The notes: a model not told the origin generated them from the letters alone. A DNA stretch of 64,000 bases from an uncultured Thermoleophilia bacterium (GCA_963702475.1 CAVPCT010000003.1:960001-1024000), one strand, 5' to 3'. Shown: positions 39,565 to 50,564, numbered from the stretch's first letter. Program-made: numbers and translations.

Positions 39565-41793
39565 GTGGCGAAGTCCAAGAGGAAGAGGCGGGCGGGCGGC
39601 GGTCAGGCCACCGGCGCGTCCGCGCGCCGGCCCGAGCGCCGGCCCGAGCGCCGGCCCGAGCCCGCCGCCTCAGCAGCCTCCCCGTCCGCCGGTCCTGCGC
39701 CCGCAGCCGCCGGCGCCGCCATCGACGAGCTCACCGGCGCCAGCCGCGTCGCCTGGTGGGCGCTGCTCGCCATGGTGTTCCTCGTGCCGGTCGCGATGAG
39801 CAACCTGAGCTTCCTGGGCATCAGCATGCCGCTCACCTGGGACGCTTTCGACATCGTCAAGATGTCGCTCGGTCGCATGCTCTCGCTCCTCGCCCTCGCC
39901 CTGTGGGCCTGGGACATGCTGCGCAGGGGCGGCAAGCTCCGGCACACCCCGGTCGACTGGCTGATCCTCATCTTCCTGGCGTGGGTGGCGCTGTCCACTG
40001 TCACCTCCGTCCACGTGCCCACCGCCGTCTTCGGCAAGCCGAGGCGCTACGAGGGCCTACTCTCCTTCCTCGACTACGCCCTCGTCTACTTCCTCGTGCT
40101 GCAGTTCGTGGACAGCACCGCTCGTCTGTGCCGCCTCGCCCAGGTGCTGTTCTGGTCCAGCATCGTCGTCGCCGCCTACGGCATCCTCCAGTACTCCGGC
40201 AACGACCCGGCCGCCTGGGGCACCCTGCCGTTCGAGACAAACCGCGCCTTCTCCACGTACGGCAACCCCGACCTGCTCGGCGCGGTGCTCATCTTCACCG
40301 TGACGGTGGCCCTCGGCCTGGCCCTGTTCGAACGGCGCCGCTGGTGGCGGCTGGCGTACTGGGTCGGCTTCGGCCTCAACGGCCTGGCGCTCATCGTGAC
40401 CTTCACGCGCGGCGCCTGGATCGGCGGAGCCGTTGCCCTGCTCGTGCTCGGCCTCGTGGCCTGGCGCCAGCGCGCTCACCTGGCGCGTGTCGACCTCGTG
40501 CCGCTGGTCGCGTTCGTGGCAGCCGGTGTGGTGATCGTCGTGCGCAGCCTCTCCAGCACCAACGAGGTCATGAACTTCGGCAAGCGCCTCGCCTCCATCT
40601 TCCAGTTCAGCGACGGCAGCGGCCGGACGCGCACCGAGATCTGGCAGGCGGCCTTCGCCGCCATCCGGGAGCGGCCCATCCTGGGCTGGGGCGCGGACAC
40701 GTTCCGCCTCGTCTTTCCTAAGTTCAAGCCGATCGAGTACGTGCGGGACGCCGGCGGCCTCTCCGTGGCGGACAATGCCCACGACTACCCGCTGCAGCTC
40801 GCCACCGGCGTCGGCGTGCCGGGTATGCTCCTCTTCTACGGCGTCGTGGTGTGGGCCGGCGTGCGCTCGTTCGGTACGGTCTTCAGGCGCTCGGGCGACG
40901 CCGGCCGTCTGCTCATCGGCGCCTTCTGGGCGGCAGCCCTGGGGTACCTCGTGCAGCTGTTCTTCGGCGTCTCGGTCACGGGCGTCACCTTCCTGCTGTG
41001 GATCGCGCTCGCCGTCGCCCTGGCGCCCACCGGGCGTCTCATCGAAGTGAGCGCCCCGCGCTGGGGCAAGGTGGCGGCCGTGGCGGCTGCGGCGGCCTGC
41101 TTCGCCGGCATCGCCTACTCCGGCGTGGTGCTGGCCGCCGACAACGCCTACATGGCGGCCCAGTCCGCCACCGATGCCCAGGTGCGCATCGACAAGGTGA
41201 AGCAGGCCATCCGGCTCTTCCCCTCCAGCCAGACCTATCGCTGGGGCCTCGGAGTCGCCTACGCGGACCTGATGAACCTGTACCTGCAGGCCGGGGCAGA
41301 GGCGCAGCAAGCCGGGGAGGACACCGCCCCCTACGCGGAGGCGGTGCAGGGCGCCTTCCGGGATGCCGTCGCCGCGTTCGAGGACGCCATCGCCTTCGTG
41401 CCTCAGGAGTACGACAACTACGTCTCGCTCGCCGATGTCTACAACACGGCGGGCGAGACCCTCGACGAGGGTTACTTCGACGACGCCGTCAGGGTCGCGG
41501 AGCGGGGGCTCGAGGTGGAGCCGCACGGCACGGCGGCAAGGCAGCAGCTGGCGCGCGCCCTCATCGGGCAGGGCAAGACCGCCGAGGCCGAGGAAGTGCT
41601 GCGCTACACGGTGAGGATAGACCCCCTGGGCGGGCAGGGCGCGCTCATGCTGGCCAGTGTGCTCAACCAGCAGGGCAAGACCGAGGAGGCCCTGGCCGTG
41701 GTGGAGCAGGTGGACCTCGTGGCCCCCGGCCAGGCGGGCGTGGCGGAGGCCATCGCCGCGCTCAAGGGCGACCTCGAGGAGCAGAAGCAGTAG
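39565..41793 (+). CDS. O-antigen ligase/O-oligosaccharyltransferase family (Wzy_C) protein with C-terminal TPR-like region
   Basis: About twelve TMs, STYGNPD, TFTRGAWIG, R.EIW, PILGWG, AHDYPLQ, helical TPR-like tail. Confidence 0.85.
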   Translation: MAKSKRKRRAGGGQATGASARRPERRPERRPEPAASAASPSAGPAPAAAGAAIDELTGASRVAWWALLAMVFLVPVAMSNLSFLGISMPLTWDAFDIVKMSLGRMLSLLALALWAWDMLRRGGKLRHTPVDWLILIFLAWVALSTVTSVHVPTAVFGKPRRYEGLLSFLDYALVYFLVLQFVDSTARLCRLAQVLFWSSIVVAAYGILQYSGNDPAAWGTLPFETNRAFSTYGNPDLLGAVLIFTVTVALGLALFERRRWWRLAYWVGFGLNGLALIVTFTRGAWIGGAVALLVLGLVAWRQRAHLARVDLVPLVAFVAAGVVIVVRSLSSTNEVMNFGKRLASIFQFSDGSGRTRTEIWQAAFAAIRERPILGWGADTFRLVFPKFKPIEYVRDAGGLSVADNAHDYPLQLATGVGVPGMLLFYGVVVWAGVRSFGTVFRRSGDAGRLLIGAFWAAALGYLVQLFFGVSVTGVTFLLWIALAVALAPTGRLIEVSAPRWGKVAAVAAAAACFAGIAYSGVVLAADNAYMAAQSATDAQVRIDKVKQAIRLFPSSQTYRWGLGVAYADLMNLYLQAGAEAQQAGEDTAPYAEAVQGAFRDAVAAFEDAIAFVPQEYDNYVSLADVYNTAGETLDEGYFDDAVRVAERGLEVEPHGTAARQQLARALIGQGKTAEAEEVLRYTVRIDPLGGQGALMLASVLNQQGKTEEALAVVEQVDLVAPGQAGVAEAIAALKGDLEEQKQ
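39625..39660 (+). repeat. 12-bp tandem repeat x3 (CGCCGGCCCGAG, encoding RRPE)
   Basis: Read directly in the 5' end of the ligase gene. Confidence 0.85.
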
Positions 41794-41798
41794 CCGTA

Positions 41799-41841
41799 CG
41801 CGCGAAGGGCCGGTCGCCGCAGGCGACCGGCCCTTCGCGCG
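41799..41841. terminator. Perfect inverted repeat, bidirectional terminator candidate
   Basis: CGCGCGAAGGGCCGGTCGCC / GGCGACCGGCCCTTCGCGCG between convergent genes. Confidence 0.75.
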
Positions 41842-41864
41842 TCGTCGTCGGCTCGGTGCCGAGG

Positions 41865-42185
41865 TCAGACGAGCTCGAACTCGCGCTCGAAGTCGGCCTT
41901 GGAGCGAGCTCCGATGACCTTCTTGGCCGGCTCGCCGTCCTTGAAGAGGATGATCGTCGGGATGCTCATGATGCCGTACTTGCCGGCCGTGCCGGGGTTC
42001 TCGTCCACGTTGAGCTTGCCGATGGACACCTTCTCGCTGTGCTCCTCGGCGATCTGGTCGATGACGGGGCCCACCATGCGGCAGGGGCCGCACCACGGGG
42101 CCCAGAAGTCCACGATCATCGGCGTGGCCGAGTTCTTGACCTCGTCGTCGAACGTCGCGTCGGTCAGGGTCTTGACGTCGCTCAC
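41865..42185 (-). CDS. trxA: Thioredoxin
   Basis: FWAPWCGPC, SIPT. Confidence 0.96.
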   Translation of the reverse strand: MSDVKTLTDATFDDEVKNSATPMIVDFWAPWCGPCRMVGPVIDQIAEEHSEKVSIGKLNVDENPGTAGKYGIMSIPTIILFKDGEPAKKVIGARSKADFEREFELV

Positions 42186-42240
42186 GTTGCGTCCTCCTTG
42201 CGCGGCGGGACGGCCCCGCCCTCGGTGTCGTGACTACAGA

Positions 42241-42633
42241 TCACAGGCTCTCGAGCACGCGGCCCAGCCGCGACTGCACCTCGTCCGCGATGGGAGCGAG
42301 CTGCTCATTGCCGACCATGCCGAGCATGGCGCCGGCGTTGACGGCGACCACGCGCGTGCCGCCGTCCACCTCGTAGACATCCACGTTGCACGGCAGGAGC
42401 ACGCCGAGATCGGGCTCGACCTCCATGGCCGCGTGCGCCAGCTTGGGGTTGCACGCGCCCAGGATGTTGTGCGGCCGTACGTCGACGCCGAGCTTCTCCT
42501 TCATCGTCTTCTTGACGTCGATCTCGGTGATCACGCCGAAGCCTTCGGCCTTGAGCGCCTCGACGACACGGGGGAGCGCGGTGTCGAACGGCTCGTGGAG
42601 CTCGCGGCCGATGCCGTACATGATCGAATCCAT
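42241..42633 (-). CDS. DUF302 domain protein
   Basis: EGFGVITEID, ILGACNP, LLPCNV. Confidence 0.88.
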   Translation of the reverse strand: MDSIMYGIGRELHEPFDTALPRVVEALKAEGFGVITEIDVKKTMKEKLGVDVRPHNILGACNPKLAHAAMEVEPDLGVLLPCNVDVYEVDGGTRVVAVNAGAMLGMVGNEQLAPIADEVQSRLGRVLESL

Positions 42634-42666
42634 GGCAAACCTCCAAAGGTGGACGGGGTCGCTGCC

Positions 42667-42686
42667 ATATACCCGCCTGGGTATGT
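42667..42686. promoter_or_regulatory. CsoR/RcnR-family operator-like palindrome
   Basis: ATACCC-GCCT-GGGTAT about 35 nt upstream of the DUF302 start. Confidence 0.6.
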
Positions 42687-42861
42687 GTCCACTCGCACCG
42701 GCCGGCTCCGGGTGCAGGGCTATCCTGCCCGCCGCGCCCGCTCGTCAATCCCCACGGGCGCGGAGCATCTCACGCCCGTGCGGGGGTTTCGGGTATCATC
42801 TTCTCTTCACGGTCGGCGCCCGTAGCGCCGCCGGCGACCCCGTGCCCCCGGAGAGGATGAG

Positions 42862-44529
42862 GTGAGCGTGAGAAGCGACGAGATCAAGCGCGGCGTGGCG
42901 CGCGCGCCTCATCGCTCGCTGTTGCGGGCCCTGGGCGTGAGCGACGCCGAGATGGACAGGCCGTTCATCGGCATCGCCAACGCCTACAGTGAGGTCGTCC
43001 CCGGTCACATGCACCTGGGCGGCATCGTCGACGCCGTCAAGGCCGGCGTGCGCTCCGCCGGGGGCGTGCCCATGGAGTTCGGCGTCATGGGCATCTGCGA
43101 CGGCATCGCCATGAACCACCTGGGCATGCACTACTCGCTGCCGAGTCGCGAGCTCATCGCCGACACGGTCGAGTCCATGACCATCGCGCACGCCTTCGAC
43201 GCCATCGTGCTGGTGCCGTGCTGCGACAAGATCGTCCCGGGCATGCTCATGGCCGCGATGCGGCTCAACGTGCCGGCCATCATGGTCGGCGGCGGCCCTA
43301 TGCTGGCCGGGCGCCTGCGGGATCGCGCCCTGGACCTCAACAGCGTGTTCGAGGCCGTGGGCCAGCACCAGGCCGGCCTCATCGACGACGAGGCGCTCAA
43401 GGCGGTCGAGTGCGGCGCCTGCCCCACGTGCGGGTCGTGCTCAGGCATGTTCACGGCCAACTCCATGAACTGCCTGGCCGAGGTCACCGGCATGGCCCTG
43501 CCGGGCAACGGGACCATCCCCGCCCCTTACAGCGAGCGCATCCGCTTCGCCAAGGAGACCGGTGAGCAGGTCCTCAGCGTGCTCGAGAAGGACCTCAAGC
43601 CGCGCGACATCTTCACGGCGAAGGCGGTGGGCAACGCCCTGGCCGCCGACGCCAGCCTGGGCTGCAGCACCAACACGGTGCTGCACCTCGCCGCCATCGC
43701 CACCGAGGCGGGGCTCGAGTTCGACCTGGCGCAGATCAACGAGGTCGCGGCGAAGGTACCCCACATCTGCAAGATCGCCCCGGCCGGCACGCATCACATG
43801 GAGGACCTGTACTTCGCCGGCGGCATCCAGGCGGTCATGGACCGCCTCATCGGCGCCGGCCTCATGGACGGCTCGGCGCTCTCGGTCGCCGGCGGTACCG
43901 TGGGCGAGGCCGTCGCCGGCGCCCGCGTGCTGGACGACGAGGTGATCCGCCCACTCGACCGCCCGTGGCACGCGACCGGCGGCCTCGCCGTGCTCTTCGG
44001 CAACCTCGCGCCCAACGGCGCAGTGGTCAAAGAGGGCGCCGTCGCCGACGAGATGCTGCGGCACAGCGGGCCGGCGCGCGTGTTCGAGAGCGAGAAGGAG
44101 GCCGTGGCCGCCATCTCCGCACGCGACATCGCCGACGGGTCCGTCGTGGTGATCCGCGGTGAAGGCCCCAGGGGCGCCCCCGGCATGCCCGAGATGCTCA
44201 GTGCGACGTCCATGCTCGCCGGCCAGGGCCGGGACAAGGACGTCGCGCTCATCACCGATGGCCGCTTCAGCGGCGCCACGCGCGGCGCTGCCATCGGCCA
44301 CGTCTCTCCCGAGTCCTTCGCGGGCGGCGTGATCGGCCTCGTGAAGGACGGCGACACCATCAGCATCGACATCCCCGCTCGTTCCCTCACGCTCGACGTC
44401 TCCGAGGAGGAACTCGCGCGGCGCAGGGCGGCGCAGCCGCCCCCGAAGCCGCGCGACGGCGTAACCGGCTACCTCGCCCGTTACGTCAAACTCGTCTCCG
44501 GTGCGGAGAAGGGAGCAGTCCTGCAATGA
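42862..44529 (+). CDS. ilvD: Dihydroxy-acid dehydratase
   Basis: [32 protein letters not shown]. Confidence 0.97.
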   Translation: MSVRSDEIKRGVARAPHRSLLRALGVSDAEMDRPFIGIANAYSEVVPGHMHLGGIVDAVKAGVRSAGGVPMEFGVMGICDGIAMNHLGMHYSLPSRELIADTVESMTIAHAFDAIVLVPCCDKIVPGMLMAAMRLNVPAIMVGGGPMLAGRLRDRALDLNSVFEAVGQHQAGLIDDEALKAVECGACPTCGSCSGMFTANSMNCLAEVTGMALPGNGTIPAPYSERIRFAKETGEQVLSVLEKDLKPRDIFTAKAVGNALAADASLGCSTNTVLHLAAIATEAGLEFDLAQINEVAAKVPHICKIAPAGTHHMEDLYFAGGIQAVMDRLIGAGLMDGSALSVAGGTVGEAVAGARVLDDEVIRPLDRPWHATGGLAVLFGNLAPNGAVVKEGAVADEMLRHSGPARVFESEKEAVAAISARDIADGSVVVIRGEGPRGAPGMPEMLSATSMLAGQGRDKDVALITDGRFSGATRGAAIGHVSPESFAGGVIGLVKDGDTISIDIPARSLTLDVSEEELARRRAAQPPPKPRDGVTGYLARYVKLVSGAEKGAVLQ

Positions 44530-46304
44530 CCCCAGACAGGAAGCTGAAGGGCTCCCGAGCCCTCGTCGCAGCGCTCGAGCACGAAGGCTGCGACGTGCTG
44601 TTCGGGTACCCCGGGGGCGTCGCCATCCCGTTCTACGACGCCCTGTACGACGCCGACCTGCGCCACGTGCTCGTGCGCCACGAGCAGGGCGCGGCGCACG
44701 CCGCGGACGGCTATGCGCGCGCCACCGGCAAGGTGGGCGTGTGCACCGCCACCAGCGGTCCCGGCGCCTCGAACCTCGTGACCGGCATCGCCACCGCCTA
44801 CCTCGACTCGTCGCCGCTCGTGGCCATCACCTGGCAGGTGCGCAGCGACCTCATCGGTACGGACGCCTTCCAGGAGGCCGACATCACCGGCATGACGCTG
44901 CCGATCGTGAAGCACTCCTACCTGGTCAAAGACGCCGCCGACCTGCCGCGCATCGTGCACGAGGCCTTCCACATCGCCTCCACGGGCCGTCCCGGGCCGG
45001 TGGTCATCGATATCCCGGTGGACGTGGCGCTCGCTGAGGCCGTGTACCACGAGGCCACGAGCATCGACCTGCCCGGGTACAAGCCCACGGTGACCGGGCA
45101 CATCAAGCAGATCCGTGCGGCCGCCAAGGTCATCAACGAGGCCGAGCGGCCGGTGCTGTACCTGGGCGGCGGGGTGATCGCCGCCGGCGCCGCCCCTGAG
45201 ATCTTCAGGCTCGCCGAGCTGCGCCGCCTGCCGGTGGCCACAACGCTCATGGCGCTCGGCGCCTTTCCGGAGACGCACGAGCTCTCTATGGGCATGCTCG
45301 GCATGCACGGCACGGTGACCGCCAACTATGCCGTGCACGAGTGCGACCTGCTCGTCAACATCGGGGCGCGCTTCGACGACCGCGTCACCGGCAAGCTCAA
45401 AGCCTTCGCGCCGCACGCCAAGGTCGTGCACGTGGACGTGGACCCGGCCGAGATCGGCAAGAACGTGGCGCCCATCGTGCCCATCGTCGGCAACGCCAAG
45501 ACCGTCACGGGGGCGCTGGTCAAGGAGCTCGAGGGCATGGAGTGGTCGCCCGAGCGCACCGCCCCGTGGCTGGCGCGCATCGCTGCGCGCAAGGACGAGT
45601 TCCCGCTGCACTACGAGGATCCATCGGACGGCACGCTGGCGCCGCAGTTCGTGATCCAGGAGATCGACCGCGTCACGGCGCACGACGCCGTCATCTGCAC
45701 CGACGTCGGCCAGCACCAGATGTGGGCCACGCAGTACTACACGTACACGTTCCCGCGACAGTTCATCAGCTCCGGCGGCCTCGGCACGATGGGCTTCGGC
45801 CTGCCGGCCAGCATCGGCGCGAAGATCGGCAGGCCCGACGCCACGGTCATCGACATCAGCGGCGACGGCGGCTTTCAGATGACCATGCAGGAACTGGCCA
45901 CCGCCATGAGCGACGACGTGCCGGTGATCGTCTGCATCCTCAACAACGGCTACCTGGGCATGGTCCGCCAGTGGCAGGACCTCTTCTGGAACAAGCGCTA
46001 CTCGTTCACCTGCATCGACGCGAGCGATTGTGTCGACTGCCCGATCGCGCCGTCGTGCGCGCGCCGGGGACGGCGGTCGCAGCCCGACTTCGTGAAGCTG
46101 GCGGAGGCCTTCGGCGCCGTCGGCATGCGCGTGACGGAGAAGGACCAGGTCGAGCCGGCGCTGCGCGAGGCCATCGCCGGCGAGCGGCTGACGGTCATCG
46201 ACTTCAAGGTCACGCCCGAGGAGAACGTGTTCCCCATGGTCCCTGCCGGGAGCGAGATCACCGAGATGATCGGCGGCACGGCGAGGAAACGGAGGAAGCC
46301 GTGA
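44526..46304 (+). CDS. ilvB: Acetolactate synthase large subunit
   Basis: [27 protein letters not shown]...NN. Confidence 0.96.
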   Translation: MTPDRKLKGSRALVAALEHEGCDVLFGYPGGVAIPFYDALYDADLRHVLVRHEQGAAHAADGYARATGKVGVCTATSGPGASNLVTGIATAYLDSSPLVAITWQVRSDLIGTDAFQEADITGMTLPIVKHSYLVKDAADLPRIVHEAFHIASTGRPGPVVIDIPVDVALAEAVYHEATSIDLPGYKPTVTGHIKQIRAAAKVINEAERPVLYLGGGVIAAGAAPEIFRLAELRRLPVATTLMALGAFPETHELSMGMLGMHGTVTANYAVHECDLLVNIGARFDDRVTGKLKAFAPHAKVVHVDVDPAEIGKNVAPIVPIVGNAKTVTGALVKELEGMEWSPERTAPWLARIAARKDEFPLHYEDPSDGTLAPQFVIQEIDRVTAHDAVICTDVGQHQMWATQYYTYTFPRQFISSGGLGTMGFGLPASIGAKIGRPDATVIDISGDGGFQMTMQELATAMSDDVPVIVCILNNGYLGMVRQWQDLFWNKRYSFTCIDASDCVDCPIAPSCARRGRRSQPDFVKLAEAFGAVGMRVTEKDQVEPALREAIAGERLTVIDFKVTPEENVFPMVPAGSEITEMIGGTARKRRKP

Positions 46305-46780
46305 AGCACACGCTCTCCATCCTCGTCGAGAACAAGCCCGGCGTGCTCACGCGGGTCGCCGGGCTGTTCGCGCGCCGCGGCTTCAACATCGAGAGCCTCG
46401 CCGTCGGCGTGAGCGAAGACCCGCGCCTGTCGCGCATCACGATCGTCATCGACGGCGACGAGCACCCCGTGGACCAGGTCACCAAGCAGCTGCACAAGCT
46501 GATCAACGTGGTCAAGATCAGAGACCTCGAGCCGGACAGATCGGTGTCCGCCGAGCTCCTGCTGGTGCGCGTGGCCGGCGAGGGTGACAAGCGCGCCGAG
46601 GCGCTGCAGATCGCGGAGATCTTCAAGGCCAAGATCGTCGACGTGGACCGCAAGTCGCTCACGCTGCGCGTCGTCGGCGCCGCCGACAAGCTCGAGGCGC
46701 TGCTGGAGCTGCTCCAGCCGCTCGGCGTGCTCGAGGTGGTGCGCACCGGCACCATCGCCATGGGCCGCGGCAGGGCCTGA
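46301..46780 (+). CDS. ilvN: Acetolactate synthase small subunit
   Basis: LVENKPGVLTRVAGLFARRGFNIESL. GTGA overlap with ilvB. Confidence 0.95.
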   Translation: MKHTLSILVENKPGVLTRVAGLFARRGFNIESLAVGVSEDPRLSRITIVIDGDEHPVDQVTKQLHKLINVVKIRDLEPDRSVSAELLLVRVAGEGDKRAEALQIAEIFKAKIVDVDRKSLTLRVVGAADKLEALLELLQPLGVLEVVRTGTIAMGRGRA

Positions 46781-46987
46781 GGCGCCGGGCGCCGAGGACC
46801 AACGGCACGCGGCCGCCGATGGACGTCCCGACCCTCCTGACGCACGTGGAGGGTCCGGACGACGCGGCGGCCGCGCGCCTGCTCATCGACAGCCTCCATC
46901 CCGGGTCGACAGACGACGTGGAGGTCGGCGAGCCGCTGTGCGCCGGTCTCGCCGTGCGGATCGCGGCCGTGCTCTGAAGGGAGGACC

Positions 46988-48014
46988 ATGGAACCACGAC
47001 TGCGCTTTCTGCCCATCTCCGTGTTCTCGATCGTCCTCGGTCTCTCCGGCTACAGCATCGCCACGCAGCGCATCTTCAGTGGTCACGGTTGGGGCGAGGG
47101 CGTTCCCGCGGTCGCGCTCTACGCGACCACAGGCGTCTACCTCCTGCTGCTCGTGCTGTACGCGGTGAAGACGGTGCGCTACGGCGACGCCGTCAAGGCC
47201 GAGTTCCGCCACCCCGTGATGATCAGCTTCTTCCCGGCGCTCTCGATCTCGCTGCTGCCTGCTGGCGATCGGGTATGCCGAGGTCTCCGAGACGCTGTCG
47301 CTCGTGCTCTGGTCGGTGGGGGCGGCGGCGAACCTGGTCTTCACCCTGGTGGTGCTCTCCATCTGGATTCGGCACACGTACTTCGAGATAGCGCACTTCA
47401 GTCCGGCGTGGTTCATCCCCGTGGTGGGCAACCTGATCGTCCCTGTGGTAGGCGTACAGCACGCACCCGCCGACATCTCGTGGCTGTTCTTCGCGGTGGG
47501 CCTGGTGTTCGCCGTGGTGCTGCTGGTCGTCTTCTTCTACCGCATGGTCTTCCACCAGCCGCTGCACGACCGGCACCTGCCGACGCTCTTCATCCTGATC
47601 GCCCCGCCGGCCGTGGCCGCCGTCGCGTACGTCAAGCTGACGGGGTCGTATGATCCGTTCGCCCGCATCCTGTACTACCTCGCCGTGTTCTTCGCCGTGT
47701 TCCTGGTCGTCCACGTGAGGATGTTCGCGCGCATCCGTTTCTACCTGTCGTGGTGGGCCTACACCTTCCCGCTGGCGGCGCTCACCATGGCCACGTTCCT
47801 CGTGGGCAAGGAGACGTCCTCGGCGTTCTACCGCGACGCCGCGACCGTGCTGTGGGCCGGTCTGAGCGTGCTCGTCGCCGGCCTGCTGGTGCGTACCCTG
47901 GTCGCGGTGGGGCGGCGCGAGATCTGCGTGCCCGACGCCGCCGCCCAGGGCCAGGCCTCCGCAGCCGAGGAGCCGGCGGCCGTGGAGGAGCCGGCGGTGG
48001 GTTCCGAAGCGTGA
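46988..48014 (+). CDS. TDT/SLAC1 (TehA-like) anion channel. Apparent +1 frameshift near 47258
   Basis: FSIVLGLSG, EFRHPV, PAWFIPVVGN, SWWAYTFP split over two frames. Confidence 0.85.
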
Positions 48015-48143
48015 GCGTCTCTCCGCGGGCGGAGGAGCTTGCGTTCCTGACCGACAACGCCAGGAGCGCCGAGAGCCGCGGCGGTCGCGATGCCGTAGAC
48101 TGGCCGGCACAGCACAGGCGCGCGTCTCGAGAGGTGACATCAG

Positions 48144-49373
48144 ATGAGTGAGCAGGCGGAACGGCGGTCGGCGAGGCGGCAGCAGCTGCCCGACGAGAAC
48201 GGGTTCTTCGGGGCGTACGGCGGGCAGTACCTGCCGCCCCAACTGGAGGCGCCCTTCGCGGAGATCACGAAGGCCTATCACGAGATCGAGAACGACGCCG
48301 CCTTCATCGCCGAGTTGCGGTACCTGCGCAAGCACTTCCAGGGGCGTCCCACGCCGGTGTACCACGCGCGCACGCTGTCGCTGGACAACGGCGGCGCGCA
48401 GATCTACCTGAAGCGCGAGGACCTCAACCACACCGGCGCCCACAAACTGAACCACTGCATGGGCGAGGGCCTGCTCGCCAAGTACATGGGCAAGAAGAAG
48501 CTCATCGCCGAGACGGGCGCAGGGCAGCACGGCGTCGCCCTGGCCACCGCGGCCGCGCACTTCGGCCTGGAGTGCGAGATCCACATGGGCGAGGTGGACA
48601 TCGAGAAGCAGGCCCCCAACGTGAGTCGCATGAGGCTGCTCGGCGCGACGGTCGTGCCGGTGAGCCACGGCCTCAAGACGCTCAAGGAGGCCGTGGACTC
48701 CGCCTTCGAGGCCTACCTGGCCGACTACGAGAACTCGATCTACTGCATCGGCTCGGTGGTGGGTCCGCACCCGTTCCCGCTCATGGTGCGCGACTTCCAG
48801 AAGGTGGTGGGCATCGAGGCGCGCGAGCAGTTCCTGGAGACGACCGGCAATCTGCCGGATGTGGTCGAGGCCTGCGTGGGCGGCGGGTCCAACGCCATCG
48901 GCATCTTCCACGGGTTCCTGGGCGACCCGGTCGACCTCATCGGGGTCGAGCCGCTGGGGCGCGGCGAGGCCGTGGGCGACCACGCCGCGACCATGACGTA
49001 CGGCACCGAAGGAGTGATCCACGGCTTCCGCTGCTACCTGCTGCAGGACGAGGACGGCGCGCCGGCTCCGGTGTACTCCTGTGCGAGCGGGCTGGACTAC
49101 CCGGGGGTGGGGCCCGAGCACAGCTACCTGAAAGACTCGGGCCGGGTGCGGTACGTCACCTGCACCGACGACGCCTGCCGGGACGCGTTCTTCCTGCTCA
49201 GCCGCAAGGAGGGCATCATCCCTGCCTTGGAGAGCGCGCACGCCGTGGCGCATGCGCTCGTCACGGCGCGCGAGATGGGGACCGGGACCATCCTCGTGAA
49301 CCTCAGCGGCCGCGGCGACAAGGATATGGACTACGTCATCGAGCACTGGGGCACGGGCGAGCGCGGCGCCTGA
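48144..49373 (+). CDS. trpB: Tryptophan synthase beta subunit (no adjacent trpA)
   Basis: [43 protein letters not shown]. Confidence 0.92.
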   Translation: MSEQAERRSARRQQLPDENGFFGAYGGQYLPPQLEAPFAEITKAYHEIENDAAFIAELRYLRKHFQGRPTPVYHARTLSLDNGGAQIYLKREDLNHTGAHKLNHCMGEGLLAKYMGKKKLIAETGAGQHGVALATAAAHFGLECEIHMGEVDIEKQAPNVSRMRLLGATVVPVSHGLKTLKEAVDSAFEAYLADYENSIYCIGSVVGPHPFPLMVRDFQKVVGIEAREQFLETTGNLPDVVEACVGGGSNAIGIFHGFLGDPVDLIGVEPLGRGEAVGDHAATMTYGTEGVIHGFRCYLLQDEDGAPAPVYSCASGLDYPGVGPEHSYLKDSGRVRYVTCTDDACRDAFFLLSRKEGIIPALESAHAVAHALVTAREMGTGTILVNLSGRGDKDMDYVIEHWGTGERGA

Positions 49374-49412
49374 GCAGCGTTCCGGCGCCGCCTGAGCGAA
49401 AGCGAAGGGGTC

Positions 49413-50564
49413 ATGGATGACGGTGGCTCGACGATCGCAGGCCGGAGCGCGGGCGACTGGCTTCTCGACCTGCGGGACCCGCTCGCGGCCGAGAAGCGGA
49501 CGCGGGCGGCGGCTGCACTCGCGTGTGGCGGCGCGGCCGAAGCCAGGGGCGTTCTCCGTGGAGCGAGCTCGGCCGAAGACCGAGCCGTCTCCCTTGGCCG
49601 CCAGACCGTCCTCGTCGCGCTCGGTGAGGCTGCGGTAGGGCCGCTCACCGAGGGCCTCAGTGATGACTTCGCTTCGAGCGCGTTCCTGGTCGCGACGCTC
49701 GCCGCGATCGGGGACCCCGCCGCCCCGGCGCTGCGCGCGATCGTGGAGGATCGCGCGTCACCGGGGCTCGCCAGGGTCCGTGCGCTGCGGGCTCTCGCGG
49801 CCATGCGTCCCCTCTCCGCGGGCGTCGGCGACCTGCTCGTGCGGGTGCTCTACGACCCGGCGGAGTGGCCCCTGATGCGGCAGACGGCCGCCTCAGCCAT
49901 CGCCTCATGGGCGCCTGAGTGGGTCGAGGCCGATCCCGTGGGAGCCGTCGTTCTCGCCTCGTGCGTCTCGCCGAGCGAGGAGATCGACCGGCACGTCGCG
50001 GCGCGCCGGGAAGCCGGGGAGGCGGCCGCCGCCGCTGGGGAGCTGAAGGCCACGGCGCCGGCGGCGAGCGTGCCGGAGCCACCCCCAGGCCCTGTCCGCG
50101 AGGGAGACCCGGTTTCCTCGCCGCGCCCTCCGGGGTGGTACGCGCTCCTCGAAGAGCGAGGCGCGCAGTTCCGGCTCGCCTACTTCGACGGCGAGCGCTG
50201 GACCGGGGATGCGGCGGCGCGGGGCCTGAGCGACGCGGCTGTGACCCGGCTCGCGCGGCACGAGGACGTGCTCTCCCGGCTCGGCCCGGCGCTCATGGAG
50301 GTCTTGCGCGACCTCGAGTGTCTCGCCGCCATCGAGCACGACAACGACGCCGCGGAGGCGGCCGGGTACCGGCTGGTGGAGTCGCGCCGGACGCCCGGCC
50401 GCCAGGCGGCCCAGCGTGTTCGGGATCTCGGCGCGCGGCTGCGCGCCGAGATGGGAGAGCGGGGGTCGGACGGACTCGCCGAGGTGCTCGCGGCTCTTTG
50501 TCCGGCCGCGCAGGCCACGTCGGCCCGGGAACTGCTGCGCGGCGGCGCGTGGTTCCTTGAGTGA
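49413..50564 (+). CDS. Hypothetical HEAT-repeat-like protein with an internal DUF2510-like motif
   Basis: ALGEAAV..L / AIGDPAA..L helical repeats, PPGWY...YFDGERWT. Confidence 0.6.
   Translation: MDDGGSTIAGRSAGDWLLDLRDPLAAEKRTRAAAALACGGAAEARGVLRGASSAEDRAVSLGRQTVLVALGEAAVGPLTEGLSDDFASSAFLVATLAAIGDPAAPALRAIVEDRASPGLARVRALRALAAMRPLSAGVGDLLVRVLYDPAEWPLMRQTAASAIASWAPEWVEADPVGAVVLASCVSPSEEIDRHVAARREAGEAAAAAGELKATAPAASVPEPPPGPVREGDPVSSPRPPGWYALLEERGAQFRLAYFDGERWTGDAAARGLSDAAVTRLARHEDVLSRLGPALMEVLRDLECLAAIEHDNDAAEAAGYRLVESRRTPGRQAAQRVRDLGARLRAEMGERGSDGLAEVLAALCPAAQATSARELLRGGAWFLE

Noticed and set aside
44826-44840. IlvB ITWQV instead of the conserved ITGQV
   Set aside because: Explicable by compensating local sequence errors in an error-prone region, so not treated as biological.
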